This document shows positions 27,531 through 46,395 of a stretch of DNA of 64,000 nucleotides, one piece after another. Positions within the stretch are counted from its first letter, which is position 1. Every line of letters starts with the position of its first letter. The stretch is from assembly GCA_009914755.4 (NCBI GenBank), contig CP086569.2, forward strand, positions 14,784,001 through 14,848,000. The letters run 5' to 3'. This DNA is from the human T2T-CHM13v2.0 reference genome, Homo sapiens. Under the pieces are notes generated by a model. The model searched no databases, was not told where the DNA came from, and saw only the letters and a program-made list of their open reading frames with translations. The position numbers and the translations under genes are program-made.

Positions 27531-27646
27531 AAACCATGGAGTCTCACTATGTTGCCTAAACTCATCACAAACTCCTGAGTTCAAGCAATCCTCCCACCTC
27601 AGCCTCTCAAGTAGCTAGGACTATGACACGAGTCACTATGCCCAGC
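27531..27646 (-). mobile_element. Partial Alu (monomer-length fragment), preceded by an (AC)n tail
   Basis: Reads ggagtctcactatgttgcctaaactcatcacaaactcctgagttcaagcaatcctcccacctcagcctctcaagtagctaggactatgacacgagtcactatgcccagc. Confidence 0.7.
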
Positions 27647-28331
27647 TATCCATCTGCACTTTTAACATATTCATTAAGAATTGGTAAATACAAAACAGAA
27701 TGGATAGGTGCCACTTAGCCAGATATAAAAGAAACAGAGATACACACCTGTTATCACAGGAAATGTCATCTTTTGACATTATCATAAAGTTATATTCTTA
27801 GCCCCTGACTTGTTACCATTTAGCCTCTTTCTTTTATTTACATTTAATCACAAATTATGGCAGAAAACTGTAACAGCACTCCAAAAAAGGGAAAAATTAT
27901 ATTGCTAAAGAGTATCATCATTTTTTAACAGAAAAACTTACATATAAACTAATTCTATGTCTCAGAGAAGCCTGCATTAGTTTTTTTTAACTGAAAAAAG
28001 TTAGATTTGTATTTACAGCTTTACACCACTACCTGCACTGCTACCAACTGAAAAATGCTGATTGTGACCTTAGAAGTAGCCTGCTTTGATAAGGAATTAT
28101 TACAATTCTGTTTAATTCTAGAAGGCATATCCTGCAGCCATGGGAGTGTTTCACAATTGTCATTAATCAAAATGTGGACAGTATGTGCTTTGTACTTTTT
28201 ATAAAAGCCATATTGCACACACTATATAGGAAAACATCCTTATTGGATGGAATATTATTTCAATTCTTGCCAGTGTTTTTTAATCCCTAATGAGATTTAT
28301 TCCTAGCATAATTCTCTTTCTCTTGCTCTAC

Positions 28332-28591
<260 letters not shown>

Positions 28592-28937
28592 TGAATACCA
28601 AAAGTGCCTCTCTTTCTAAGTTGTGTTATGTTGGCCCAATGTGGAGGGAAGAGATGTAGGAATGAATGTGTTACTTTAAAGCCTAACAGCCTTGGAAAGA
28701 TGTCCTTTGATAGCAATGTTATCCCTTTGGAAATGAAGGCAAACATTTAGATACTGCTTGTGTTTTGGGAAAGTTTGATATAATTATTTCATTTTTCCCC
28801 ACCCTTTTGCTGTGTGGGTTATACTCACACACCTTCCATGCCAACCTAGCAAACCTCACATCTGTACCTTCCATCCCCTCTCCTAGCCAAAGTCCCTGTC
28901 TTGCAGTGGGAGAAACTCTTTTAAATGCACTGGATTT

Positions 28938-29097
28938 GGCCAGGCATAGTAGCTCATGCCTGAAATCCCAGTACTTTGAGAGGCTGAGATGGGAGAATCA
29001 CTTGAGCCCTGGAGTTCCAGACCAGCATGGGCAACATAGCAAGATCTCACCTCTAAAAAAAAAACAAAAAACAAAAAACAAAACAAAACAAAAAAAA
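28938..29097 (+). mobile_element. Alu monomer (FLAM/FRAM-like) with an (AAAAC)n tail
   Basis: Reads ggccaggcatagtagctcatgcctgaaatcccagtactttgagaggctgagatgggagaatcacttgagccctggagttccagaccagcatgggcaacatagcaagatctcacctctaaaaaaaaaacaaaaaac... Confidence 0.8.
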
Positions 29098-29427
29098 CCC
29101 TTGGATTTAATAACTCTTCTAACAGCTTTAATATTTGCCTTCTCACTGCAGTCAACGCTATTCTTTAAGAAATAGTTAAGTCTTGCCAGGGTCTAAACTG
29201 CTCTCCTGCTTCCATCTTCAAAAAAGCATTCTAAAAATGATCCCCAAAAGACTGGAAGGAGCATTTAGTACCAAGTTAAGAGTGAGGAGATTCCTACTCA
29301 ACCTATCCCCATATGTCAAAGGGGGTGATTGTCTGAACCCATGTTTAAAGAACAAGATCACGTTGCTTCTATTAATATCATCCCATAGACTGGCTGCCGA
29401 AAATTCCTACAATGGATCCCATGGTGA

Positions 29428-29754
<327 letters not shown>

Positions 29755-30822
29755 TGACCTTCAGAGGTGGCTACCTCTGTCATTCTGTGTGCTGTACTAT
29801 TGAGTCTTATTTTTGCATTTTCTTCTTCTGAGTGTATCTTTTGCAAGTATTAACACAACACAAATGTGACTGCATAGCTAAGAAGTAGCATAAGCTGCCA
29901 TCTAGATAAAGTTTGATGGCTAGAGCTAACTCATGAAAAGACCTTACCCTATCTTGTATATAAGTGATTAAGCCATTTTCTTATATCTTTGTTAACCTCA
30001 TGTCTCTCTGGTCCCAGTGGACATGGCCTGTTTGAAGTGTTGAGTTGGGGAGGGCGGGAATAGCTAAAAGAAGCTTGTTGTTTGTCTGTCTTCCCCCCAA
30101 CTTCAAATTTGGCTCGAGGCTGTAATGAGTTGGCCTGTCTCTCAGTCCACTTAATTCCCTGGCTTCAGAAAAAAAAAATCATCTGTGGGATTTTACCTTC
30201 TCTGAAAATGCCCTTAGAATAGCCAGCTACCATTACAAAATCCAAAAAGGGGTGGTGGGGAGGGAAAGAAACACAACTTAAATCTCAGAAGGAAAAACTC
30301 CATGGAATTAGAGAGTAGTTATCCTATAAATATACTTGGTATTTTTGCATTTTGAAAAGAATGTGTTGGCATAAAAATAAACATTTTCAGTTATGGGCAT
30401 TGACAGATATTGTGTTTTAAGAAAAACAGTTGGCTCATTCACTGAAATTTGGATTATCAAGAGTTCACATCACAAGATGTGCAGCTGAAGACTTTAAACC
30501 ATGGGAAAGTCTTATGTTAAGGAATTAAAAAAATAAATAAAACACCAGGAGTGAGCCCTAAGAACTGGCACCTCAGCATATTTTAACTCTGCCAAGTGTC
30601 TTAGTCTGCCAAGAATTGAGTGAGGTGCTAAGAAACCATATGGCAGAGAACCCCTACAAATGAGAAATTGTCTATAAATTAAACTATGCCTGTAGAAAGC
30701 AACCAAACTTGCCTCTGTATGATATTCTCCAGTGGAGGAAAAACTGTTCTAAGCTCTCTGTGCATTGTGCATTGTCTCTGAAAGGTTGTCGGTGAGCATC
30801 CTCTTTCATATTGTCCCCTTAG

Positions 30823-30964
30823 GATCACTATGTCCCAACAGTGCCCAATCGGAGACCATCTACTCTTTATTGACTGGAAGTGCAAGTACTGACCCCAGGA
30901 GGGGAGGGGCCTGCCACCCTCAAGATATTCCAGATGTGGAAGCTCCCACCCTCTTCAGCACACA
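30823..30964 (+). pseudogene. ANOS2P: Exon homologous to ANOS1 ([46 protein letters not shown]), with an in-frame TGA at 30871-30873
   Basis: Acceptor ccttag|gat at 30821-30822 and donor a|gtgagt at 30965-30966. The frame is fixed by both splice sites. A TGA interrupts the conserved STLY-R-LEVQV motif, which in a functional gene would read CGA (Arg), a CpG site. Confidence 0.6.
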
Positions 30965-31169
30965 GTGAGTGGGGTGCCAGGGCATTAAGCCATCCTGTCA
31001 GGTCTTGTGGACATAGAGAAAAATCTTGCTGGAAAATGAAAACAAATAAATACACTATTACAGGTTTCTATGAGATAGGGAAATTGTCATCATCTGAAAT
31101 TCTTTCTCCCTGTTTGTACCGACTTACTAGATTCTATTCCAGGCACCTGTAGTATACATTGCATAGTTG

Positions 31170-31345
31170 ATGCTTAATTTTTCTTTTTTCTCCCTCCCTT
31201 CCTCTTTCCCCATTTTCTCCCTTCTTTATTCCTCCCTTGTTTCCTTCTCCACCCTCTCTCCCTCCCTTTTTCCTTCCCTCTCCTTTTCTCCTTTCCTCTA
31301 TCCTTCATTTTTTTTCCTTCCTTGCACTTTTCCCTATATAATGCA
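31170..31345. repeat. CT-rich polypyrimidine low-complexity tract
   Basis: Reads ttttcttttttctccctcccttcctctttccccattttctcccttctttattcctcccttgtttccttctcc... Confidence 0.85.
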
Positions 31346-31880
31346 TGCTTTTTTCCTTGTCTTTTAAACCGTAAGCACATATGGGAAAAAAATCTGTAGT
31401 CTCATATCAATCTGAAATATTTTTAAATCAAGATTCTCAAATATCACAATATAGGAAATAATATTTTACTAAGGAACTTATGTTCTTGTTACATAGATAT
31501 TACTGTAATAAATGTCATGAATTTTCTTCATGATGTGACCCAAGTCCACCTTTTTATTGCTAAATCAAGTAAAATTTAAAAAGAAAACTGTCACCTAGAT
31601 TTTCAAAACAGCCTCTTGCTGATTTTTAAATTATGTACTTCTTTTACTTTACTTTCTAGCTTAAATTTTTTAAAAAAGTGTCTGATGATTAGTGTGTGGA
31701 TAAAACATTGAGAATTAGTCACAGTTTTAACTCTGGTTTTTTTAAATGATAGGTTAGTATGCTTATAATTGATAACTTGTTATGCTTATAATTTGAAGAA
31801 AAACAAAAACTATCACAATGGAAGAGCTTGATAGCCTCTAAAATTTTTGTTGGATAAATGCTTTTCTGATATTCCTTCAT

Positions 31881-31897
31881 AGAAATTCCATTTAACA
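31881..31897 (+). repeat. L1 target-site duplication, 5' copy (agaaattccatttaaca)
   Basis: A 17/17 identical copy lies at 38081-38097, immediately after the L1 A-tail. About 18-28 nt of non-L1 sequence (gggctttaagattcttctccggaaat) sits between this copy and the first L1-matching base. Confidence 0.75.
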
Positions 31898-31914
31898 GGG
31901 CTTTAAGATTCTTC

Positions 31915-38080
<6,166 letters not shown>

Positions 38081-38097
38081 AGAAATTCCATTTAACA
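38081..38097 (+). repeat. L1 target-site duplication, 3' copy (agaaattccatttaaca)
   Basis: It directly follows the L1 poly-A and is identical to 31881-31897. Confidence 0.75.
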
Positions 38098-38417
38098 AAA
38101 GTATTTGATAATTTTTAAAACTTGTTTGAGCAAATAAAAAAGGATTATGGTTTGATTGGATAAGTGTGAGCTTAAGGAAAAGAGCTTTTCTTCTTTTTCT
38201 TGTTATTTTATGGTTTGGGAAGGCATCAAAGAGGAAGAGAAAAACAGGAAAAGGAGAGAAGGAGTGTGGTTGTACACTCAGATTGGTAATAGGAAAGACA
38301 TGGTCATAGGAAGGAACATTTGCCAGGGTCTCGTGCTTTTTCTACAAATAAAAGTAATTCTGTCATTTATTTGATACATATAAATGGATGTGACTGACAT
38401 ATTTTGTCACTTTTTAG

Positions 38418-38476
38418 GATCTCATCTTATGCATCATCATCCACATCATTACAAGCCTTCTCCAGAAAGATACTAA
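38418..38476 (+). pseudogene. ANOS2P: Terminal coding exon homologue, encoding (R)SHLMHHHPHHYKPSPERY with stop TAA at 38474-38476, followed by a long 3' UTR homologue
   Basis: Acceptor tttttag|ga at 38416-38417. The frame is continuous with exon-13 phase (a|ga = Arg). The His-rich C-terminus matches anosmin-1 SHLKHRHPHHYKPSPERY, with the stop at the same position. Confidence 0.6.
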
Positions 38477-41400
38477 ACTGTTCAAAAAGATTTTTTAAAA
38501 TTGCACAGATGTGTAAGCTTGTTGAACTTCGGCCACAAGACATGCATACTTCCAGAGGCAGTGGTAACTGCTCAGAGGCCCGGACTCTCCTATGTGACTT
38601 TAGTGCAGGAAGAACTTCTGTCAATCACGGACGCATCTGGAGACAAGTGAGAAACAGTAGATTGGTGAAGACAGACACCAGTTCCCTACAAACATGGAGA
38701 AAATGAAGAATAGGCCTTTTTAATGCTAAATTTTGTTTTCATGTATGGTGTCGCTCATTTCTATTGAATTACAACAGAGCTCAGTTTTCCCTGAATTTGG
38801 AGCACCAAATTCTGCCCCAAAAAGTAGAGTAACAAATACACAATTCACTCATAATGCTAAGCATAAATCTAATCAATAAAATATATTTTGACTAAATTAT
38901 TGATACGATATGAAAAATCAACTAAGATTATACAGCTTTGTTTATTCAAATCTTTCCTAAGATCATTTTTATCTTAGGTGATTTTTAAATGAAAATGTGT
39001 AATCTAAAATATACCAGTGAATTTAAATCTAAAAACGCTCCTACTTTAAGTACCTTATGCTGCTCTTTATGCAAAGGTAAATCAAAGTTCCCTCTATAAA
39101 TTGTGATTTACAAAAGACAGCCAAGCCAAAGGAACTCAATGAAATAAGCCGCTAACCAGATTTTACCTTGGAGAAATGAAAATTATTTCTTGAGGATGCC
39201 TTTTAATATTTGATTCCATTATGTGAGAGATTTTCCTGATATGTTATCTTATTTATATTTTCCCGTATTTTCCTCAATGCTGCTAATAGCTTTTGCTGCA
39301 CTTTTGTTTCACCATCTGAAAATTCACAAAACTTCTTGCTTCAAATGAAAAAATCCCAACTATTGAGCATGTTTAAATCTTTGCAGAGATTTGCCTTTTC
39401 TTAATCAAAGAAAGGTCTTTGTGTGCTAGAATATTATTGGTAATGTTTAAAAAAGGCCTTTGATTGATAGAGAAGGACAGTTATTTGCATTTAATTCACC
39501 CATATGCTTTCAAATCTATTATATCTTACTTTTTGGAAATTTTTTATGCTACAGATTAGTGCCTTGTAGCACAAACTTAAGTCAAAACATGTTATCAATA
39601 TAGACTGTTGCAGTGTATATTATAACAACCTAAAACGCAGAGAAGTTTAATTTGATACTGTTTTTTTTCTTGAAGGAATACTCACATACATGGTTTGAAA
39701 TGTGCATAGATATGCATGTCTATATAATTATAAATGCATGTGTATATGTATATGCAAATATATGTACATATACATATATATACACACAGACACATGCATA
39801 TACATAAATATACCTTGAGCATGAATCCCTGCAGAAATCGTTTTCATAGCTCACCAATGGTGAGTAAAGATACAGCTCTTTTAAAGGTTATAAGGATAAT
39901 ATATTTTCCCCATCAATGCTGATTCTGAGAAAAGAGCAATTTATCAAAATTGAACACTGTAAAAGAAAGGTGTCCACATGTCTTTACCTACATAAGTAAA
40001 ACAGGAAGAAAATCAGTAACATTATCCTTAGGTTTTGACAATGGTACTTGCTTCTTGTTGTTTTATTATTTCCTGAATTCATGCAGATGCCTGGCCATTC
40101 CTGGGAAGAGTGGATAACCCAGAAATCACTGTACTCCACAGAGCCTCACTGCAGTGTCTAAAAGCAGATGCAAATTAAAATGCAGGGAAAATAACTTTTC
40201 TGATGTTGATGCGTGTCATTAGGAAACACATTTATAAACATGGATACCTGATAATAGATATTGAAACCCATTTCCTGTGTGTTAAAATATTTAAAAAGTG
40301 AATATTCCAGGAATGTTTTGCAGCTTTGTACAAGTAACATAAATTGGACACCTCAGAATGAAAGTTCATGTTGGTTCTGAATGGTTCGCTGCAGCTCTTG
40401 TCACAGGCTGGGATGGATTTATCACACTGAGTTGTGAAATTACCTGGTTCTAAGAATTTTTGAGTGGCAAAAATAGAAAACAGTCTTCATTTGAAAACAT
40501 CCCTAAGCTTGAATAAATGGATACCATAGATAGCTTCTCTAAAACTATGTTTTAGTCTGGTGTCATTACCAGCACCTGAATTTCAAGTTCTTAAAATTTC
40601 AAAAATTAAAATTTTTCATTATTGGCTATCCATTGATCTTTTGCATGAACTTGTCATGAACAAATCCAAATGTTTATGCCAGCAAATTTCTGTACTATTA
40701 CATAGTGAAAAATGCTGGGAGTCTATACATAGATACAAAATATTATTAAATTATTACATAAATTTAATTTTATAAATTTAATCATGCTTCTTTTGTCTGG
40801 GTAATAGACATTGGACAGATATTTTTAGTTCAGATGGTGATTCTGAAGCTTACATCTCCCTTAAAAGAATCTAAAGCATCTCTTGTGGGCTTCTAATTTT
40901 GATATAAATAAATAATTTAAATTTTATTGGTGTTATTGGAAGAAAAATGCTATTAATAGGCTAGTAAAAAATGTGTTTCTCTTATGGATTTTAATAAGCT
41001 CCAGTATTATTCAAATGATCAAAAATATAGTTACAATTTTTTGAATTTTAAAAATGTGATGGCTCTAATAAAGGATAAAATCTATGCTTTTTAACAAACA
41101 TAGTTTTGGTGCCTAATTCTGTAATACATTTTATTGAAATTAGATTCATTTCTCTAATGTGAGAAAAATATATCCAGTAATAGTATTGACTGTTTAAAAA
41201 ATTGAGCTCATCAAAAATATTGTCATCAAATACAGGTGGTTAATTTGATATACATTGCAGTTACATGTTTTATTTTTATTTACAACATTTGCTCCTTAAT
41301 GATGAATTTATCTGTGTTACCCTGTTTTTCTACCTGGAACTCCATAGAATGATGTTTGCAAACCAACATGTGCTCTTTTCAGTGTTTTAATATGAGATAG

Positions 41401-42117
41401 TAGAGAAGATAAGGTTTATGGCAGTAATTTTTTGTAATGTGTATTAAACGAAGTTCAAAGATTAGAAATACATCTGTGTCCTGAAAATCTTAGATACATA
41501 GCCGATTGTATACAGAGGTTCATCTCAAACTCAACACTATTGACTTTTGGGGCTGGATAGTTCTCTGTTGTGGGGGTTTGTCTTGTGCACTGTAGGTTTT
41601 TAGTAGCATCCACACTTTCTCCTCACCAGATGCCAGTTGCACCCTCCCCCAAGTTGAGACAACCAAAAATGTCTCCAGATATTGCCAGCTACTCCTTGAG
41701 GGATGGTACCTCTGGTTGAGAACCATTGCTAGAGAATGATGTTTACTGAATAGATGAGAATTTGCCCTTTATAAGAAACCCAGTAAATTTCTAGAGCAAA
41801 AACTAAGGGACAGCTAAGAAGTTATTATGGTTGACTTCAAAAGCCTCAACTGTGTCTTTTATGTCCACTAAACAACTTAATTAAAAGATGGAATTTTGAC
41901 TCGTGTCTGTATCATACAAGTACAAATAGTAATTTTGCCCTATGTATGTGTAAATGTTATTTGTGATATTGTCTTATTTATTTAATGCCCTTTCTTATGC
42001 CGTGGGTTTTCAAGTTTACTCATTTCTATGGTTGCAAATAACTCTAAAACTTATTATATAAACTTTCATATTATAGGCAGAACACAATGGCTAAATATCT
42101 GTTTCATGTACTTCAAA

Positions 42118-42215
42118 GTTTATTATAAGATATATTATAATTATAATATATTATAATATATATATTATATATTATATATATATAATATAATATATTATAA
42201 GATATATTATAAACA
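42118..42215. repeat. AT-only (TATAA/ATATT)n simple repeat
   Basis: Reads tatattataattataatatattataatatatatattatatattatatatatataatataatatattataagatatattat. Confidence 0.9.
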
Positions 42216-42654
42216 GATATATAAAGATGTTGACTCTTACCTGTGATTTTGCATGGCCAGACTCGGTGTCAGGTACAGAAAGGATGGTCATGACTGTCTT
42301 ACCTCTACTGAATATTTTAGCGAGTTATATGATTTACGGAGTGATTAACAGAGGTCTACATAAAGTTACTTTTCCCCTTTACTTAATTATATTGTAGTGT
42401 GCAGATAAAAAAACTACTACCTTCTCATCCAAGTGGTCTGTAGAATTCATGTTCCTTACAGTGGTCATTTAAAGTCAATATTTATTTATTTATGTATGTA
42501 ATAAAAAAAGTTGGATTTTTGTGTATGTCTGTCATGTTATTTAGAGAGAAGTAATCTTGTAAAAATGTTTTGTAAAAAACAAAAAAATTGTAAATAGTCT
42601 TGATATTCTGTGACTCATTATTTTTATGTTAGAGTTTGTACAAACTGGTTCAAT

Positions 42655-42660
42655 AATAAA
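42655..42660 (+). promoter_or_regulatory. Candidate polyadenylation signal AATAAA for the ANOS1-like transcript
   Basis: An AATAAA lies about 4.18 kb downstream of the TAA. This is consistent with the roughly 4 kb 3' UTR I recall for ANOS1 mRNA. The support is positional only. Confidence 0.2.
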
Positions 42661-42716
42661 GTATCCATAAACCACACCAAGGAGTCGACTCATTTATTTC
42701 TTAAAGAAACATTTTT

Positions 42717-42860
42717 GCTGGGCAAGTGGCATGCACCTGTAGTCTCAGCTACTCAGGAGACTGAATTAGAAGGATCACTTGAGTCCTGAATGTTTGAGAC
42801 CAGCCTGGGCAACATAGCAAGGCCCTGTCTCCAAACTTAAAGAAAAAAAAAGAAAAGAAA
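42717..42860 (+). mobile_element. Alu monomer fragment (FRAM-like) with an A-rich tail, just downstream of the candidate polyA signal
   Basis: Reads gctgggcaagtggcatgcacctgtagtctcagctactcaggagactgaattagaaggatcacttgagtcctgaatgtttgagaccagcctgggcaacatagcaaggccctgtctcc. Confidence 0.75.
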
Positions 42861-43454
42861 CTTTATTGAATTTAAGAAGAAAAATGGACAGTTCCTGCTG
42901 CCAAGGAGATTCAAAAGCTCTCTTTCCATGTCAGTGTTAATGGAATTTGAGGTCTGGTAAATGTTAACAAGACAGCACTTCATCCTAATGAAAGTATATT
43001 GGAGTTTGACAACCAACACTTTAGGTTTCTATCATCATGTTTACAATTGTAACTCCTGATGGTTTCAGTGGTATATTAAGTCAAGGATATACAATTTTAA
43101 GCTGTTTTTCTTTTGCCACCAATATTTACTCCTAAAATTGTAGGATATGCAATGCCAATAAGCATTCACCTATATTTCAATCCTACTCAATTGTTTTTCA
43201 ATACTACGTACTACACTATAAGCCTTTAAATCTCCATTATCTAAATAGAGTTTTGAGAGGCTTGTACATCCCCACTTTGACATGCAATTGACCCATAACT
43301 GCTGATGAGTTGGAAAAAATGCCTAAGGAAAAAAAGCATAAGAAATAAAGGCTTTTAGGGTATTCACTGAAATTATAAATATTGTACCCATTAAGTAATT
43401 TCTTTTTCCTCCCACTCTCCCAGCCTCTGACCCTCCCACTCTTCCAAGTGTTTA

Positions 43455-43695
43455 TTGTCAATTATCCTACATTCTATGTCCATGTGTACACCTTATTTAG
43501 TTCCCAATTATAAATGAGAACATGTGGCATTTGTCTTTTTGTGTCTGCGTCATTTCAGTTAAGATAATGGCCTCCATTCCATCCATGTGGCTGCAAAAGA
43601 CATGACTGCATTCTTGTTTATGGCTGAATAATATTCCATTGTGTATATAGGGACCACTTATATGCTGTTGGTCATAATGTAAATTAACATGACCT
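43455..43695 (-). mobile_element. Old L1 3'-end fragment, inverted segment of a twin-priming-like pair
   Basis: The reverse complement reads ..cacaatggaatattattcagccataaacaagaatgcagtcatgtcttttgcagccacatggatggaatggaggccattatcttaactgaaatgac.., which is L1 ORF2 C-terminus/3' UTR homology. Confidence 0.6.
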
Positions 43696-43699
43696 CTAT

Positions 43700-43862
43700 G
43701 GAAAACAATGTGGAGATTTCTCAAAGAACTAAAAATAGAACTACCATTTGACCTAGCAGTCCCACTACTGGGTATCTACCTAGAGAAAAAGCAATCATTA
43801 TATGAAAAAGAATACATGTTTATCACAGCACTATTCACAATAGTAGAGATATGGAAGCAGCT
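43700..43862 (+). mobile_element. Old L1 fragment (adjacent upstream ORF2 segment), + orientation, abutting the inverted fragment
   Basis: Reads gaactaaaaatagaactaccatttgacctagcagtcccactactgggtatctacc...cagcactattcacaatagtagagatatggaagcag. Confidence 0.6.
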
Positions 43863-44839
43863 TATCAAGGCTCTCAGTGGAGGATTGCTTGACAATTTTA
43901 TGCCATCTTGAGGTTACAGAAAGAATGGAGGCTTGGATCTTGGCAACACAATTTATGGGAGGGAGAGAAGAGAAGTCCTGACTAGCAAAGGTGGTTTTGT
44001 TACGCAGATGAAACCTCCCAGGTCGCAGCCTTTAGAGAGAATCGATGGTGACTGTTTCTTTCAGACCTTAAAGGTGTTAGGCTTTTAGTTAATTTTTCCT
44101 AGATCCAGACACGGGGGCAGGGAGTGGGTGTCAGAGAAAGCCTGGCTGCAGAAATGCATCAATGCAGATTTTCTCTACATCTACAGATGCAAATTTCCCC
44201 CACAAAAGACGGCTTTGTAGGGCTGTTATTTTCAGGCCCTCTGAACAGCCATCTCTAAATATGTCAAAGAAGGGTTATTTGGGGGTGAAATATTTTGATT
44301 TCTTTCAATGGCTGCTGCCACACCTTACAGCATGAGCACCCATGCAAGTGGCCCCAGGCTTGATTCTTCCCAGTCCCTGAGGCCTGAAATTCCTGGGAGT
44401 TTTCCTGGGAGTTCTTATCCACTCATTGTTTGAGGCTTCACCCAGCCAATCAGCTGCACAGCTTGGGCACCTCACACTGGTCTCCAACCTCCATTCTTCA
44501 TCAAAGATCAGAGAAGCTGGGGCTGCTGACCCAGAGATCGGGCTTGAAGTTTGCAATAAGAATCCAACTTCCTTCACATTATTTTACTTCTTGAGCTACA
44601 CCACAGGGTAAACAGTTTCTCAGGGCCAGTGGAGTGTCCTGGCAGGGACTGAAAACCCAAGAAATATTTTTAGTATTGTTTCCATTGGGGAGGTTTTTTT
44701 TTACACAAATGAGTCCTGAGAATACAGCTTTGTTGTAAATTGGAGACAACTTTTACATATACCACCCATTGACGGAGCATGGTATCAAAGGAGGAAAAGC
44801 TGTAGGGGGATACAAGAAAAATTTTAAAAAAGAGTAAGA

Positions 44840-45133
<294 letters not shown>

Positions 45134-45270
45134 TGCCTTCTCTTGTGCGGAAACACAGAAAGTGTGCCTGCCTATCCTTTCTCTGCCTTGGTATTCCCAC
45201 CTAATAAGGATTTTGCCACTCACTTCATGGTTACTGTGAAGATGGTCATGTAACAGTGCTTGGAAAAATC

Positions 45271-45273
<3 letters not shown>

Positions 45274-45301
<28 letters not shown>
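45274..45301. repeat. (GT)n microsatellite of about 14 units
   Basis: Reads gtgtgtgtgtgtgtgtgtgtgtgtgtgt. Confidence 0.95.
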
Positions 45302-45320
45302 CTAAAAATGTCAGATGGAA

Positions 45321-46395
45321 GACACCAAAAGCAATGACAACAAAAGTAAAAGTTGGCAAATAGGATCTAATTAAACTTAAGAGCTTCTTCATAGCAAAAG
45401 AAACTGCCAACATAGTAAATAGACAAACTAGAGAATGGGAGAAAATATTTGCAACTTATGCATCTAACAAAGGTCTTATACCCAGCATCCAGCACCGATA
45501 AGGAACTTAAACAAACGTACAAGAAAAAAATCTCATTAAAGAGTGGGCAAAGGATATGAACAGACACTTTTCAAAAGAAGACATACATGTGGCCAACAAG
45601 CATATACAACAAAGCCCAATATCACTGATCATTAGAGAAATGCAAATCCAAACCTCAATGAAAGATCATCTCACACCAGGCAGAATGGGTGTTTTATTAA
45701 AAAGAAAAAAACAACAGGTACTGGCAAGGCTGCAGAGAAAAGGGAATACTTATACACTGTTGGTGGGGGTGTAAATTAGTTCAACCATTGTGAACAACAG
45801 TGTGGCAATTCCTCAAAGAGCTAAAAGCAGAAATACCATTTGACCCAGCAATCCCATTACTGGATATATTTCCAAAGAAATATACATCATTCTACCATAA
45901 GACACATGCATGTAAATGTTCACTGCAGCACTATTGACAATCACAAAAACATAGAATCAACCTAAATGCTCATCACTTGTAGACTGTATAAAGAAAATAC
46001 GGTACATACACACCATGGAATACTACGCAGCCACAAAAAAGAAAAAGATTATCTCCTTTGCAGGAACATAGATGGCCCTGGAGGCCATCATCCTTAGGAA
46101 ACCAACACAGGAACAGAAAAGCCAATACCACATGTTCTCACTTATAAGTGGGAGCTAAATGATGAGAACACATGAACACAAAAAGGGGAAGAACAGATAC
46201 TGGGACCTACTTGAGGGTGGAAGGTGGGAAGAGGGACAGGATCAGGAAAAATAACTAATGAGTACTAGGCTTAGTACATAGGTGATGGAATAATCTGTAC
46301 AACAAACCTCTGTGACAAGAGTTTACCCATATAACATACTTGCATATGTACCCCTGAACCTAAAATAAAACTTAAAAGAAGAAAAAGAAAATGGA
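45321..46395 (+). mobile_element. L1 3'-end fragment (older L1P-type), about 1.1 kb
   Basis: Reads ..gttggcaaataggatctaattaaacttaagagcttcttcatagcaaaagaaactgcc...atgcaaatccaaacctcaatgaaagatcatctcacacc...gggagctaaatgatgagaacacatgaacac... Confidence 0.8.

Noticed and set aside
31174-31380. A 68-aa Lys/Arg/Gly-rich ORF on the minus strand
   Set aside because: It is the complement of a CT-rich polypyrimidine low-complexity tract, so it is an artefact.
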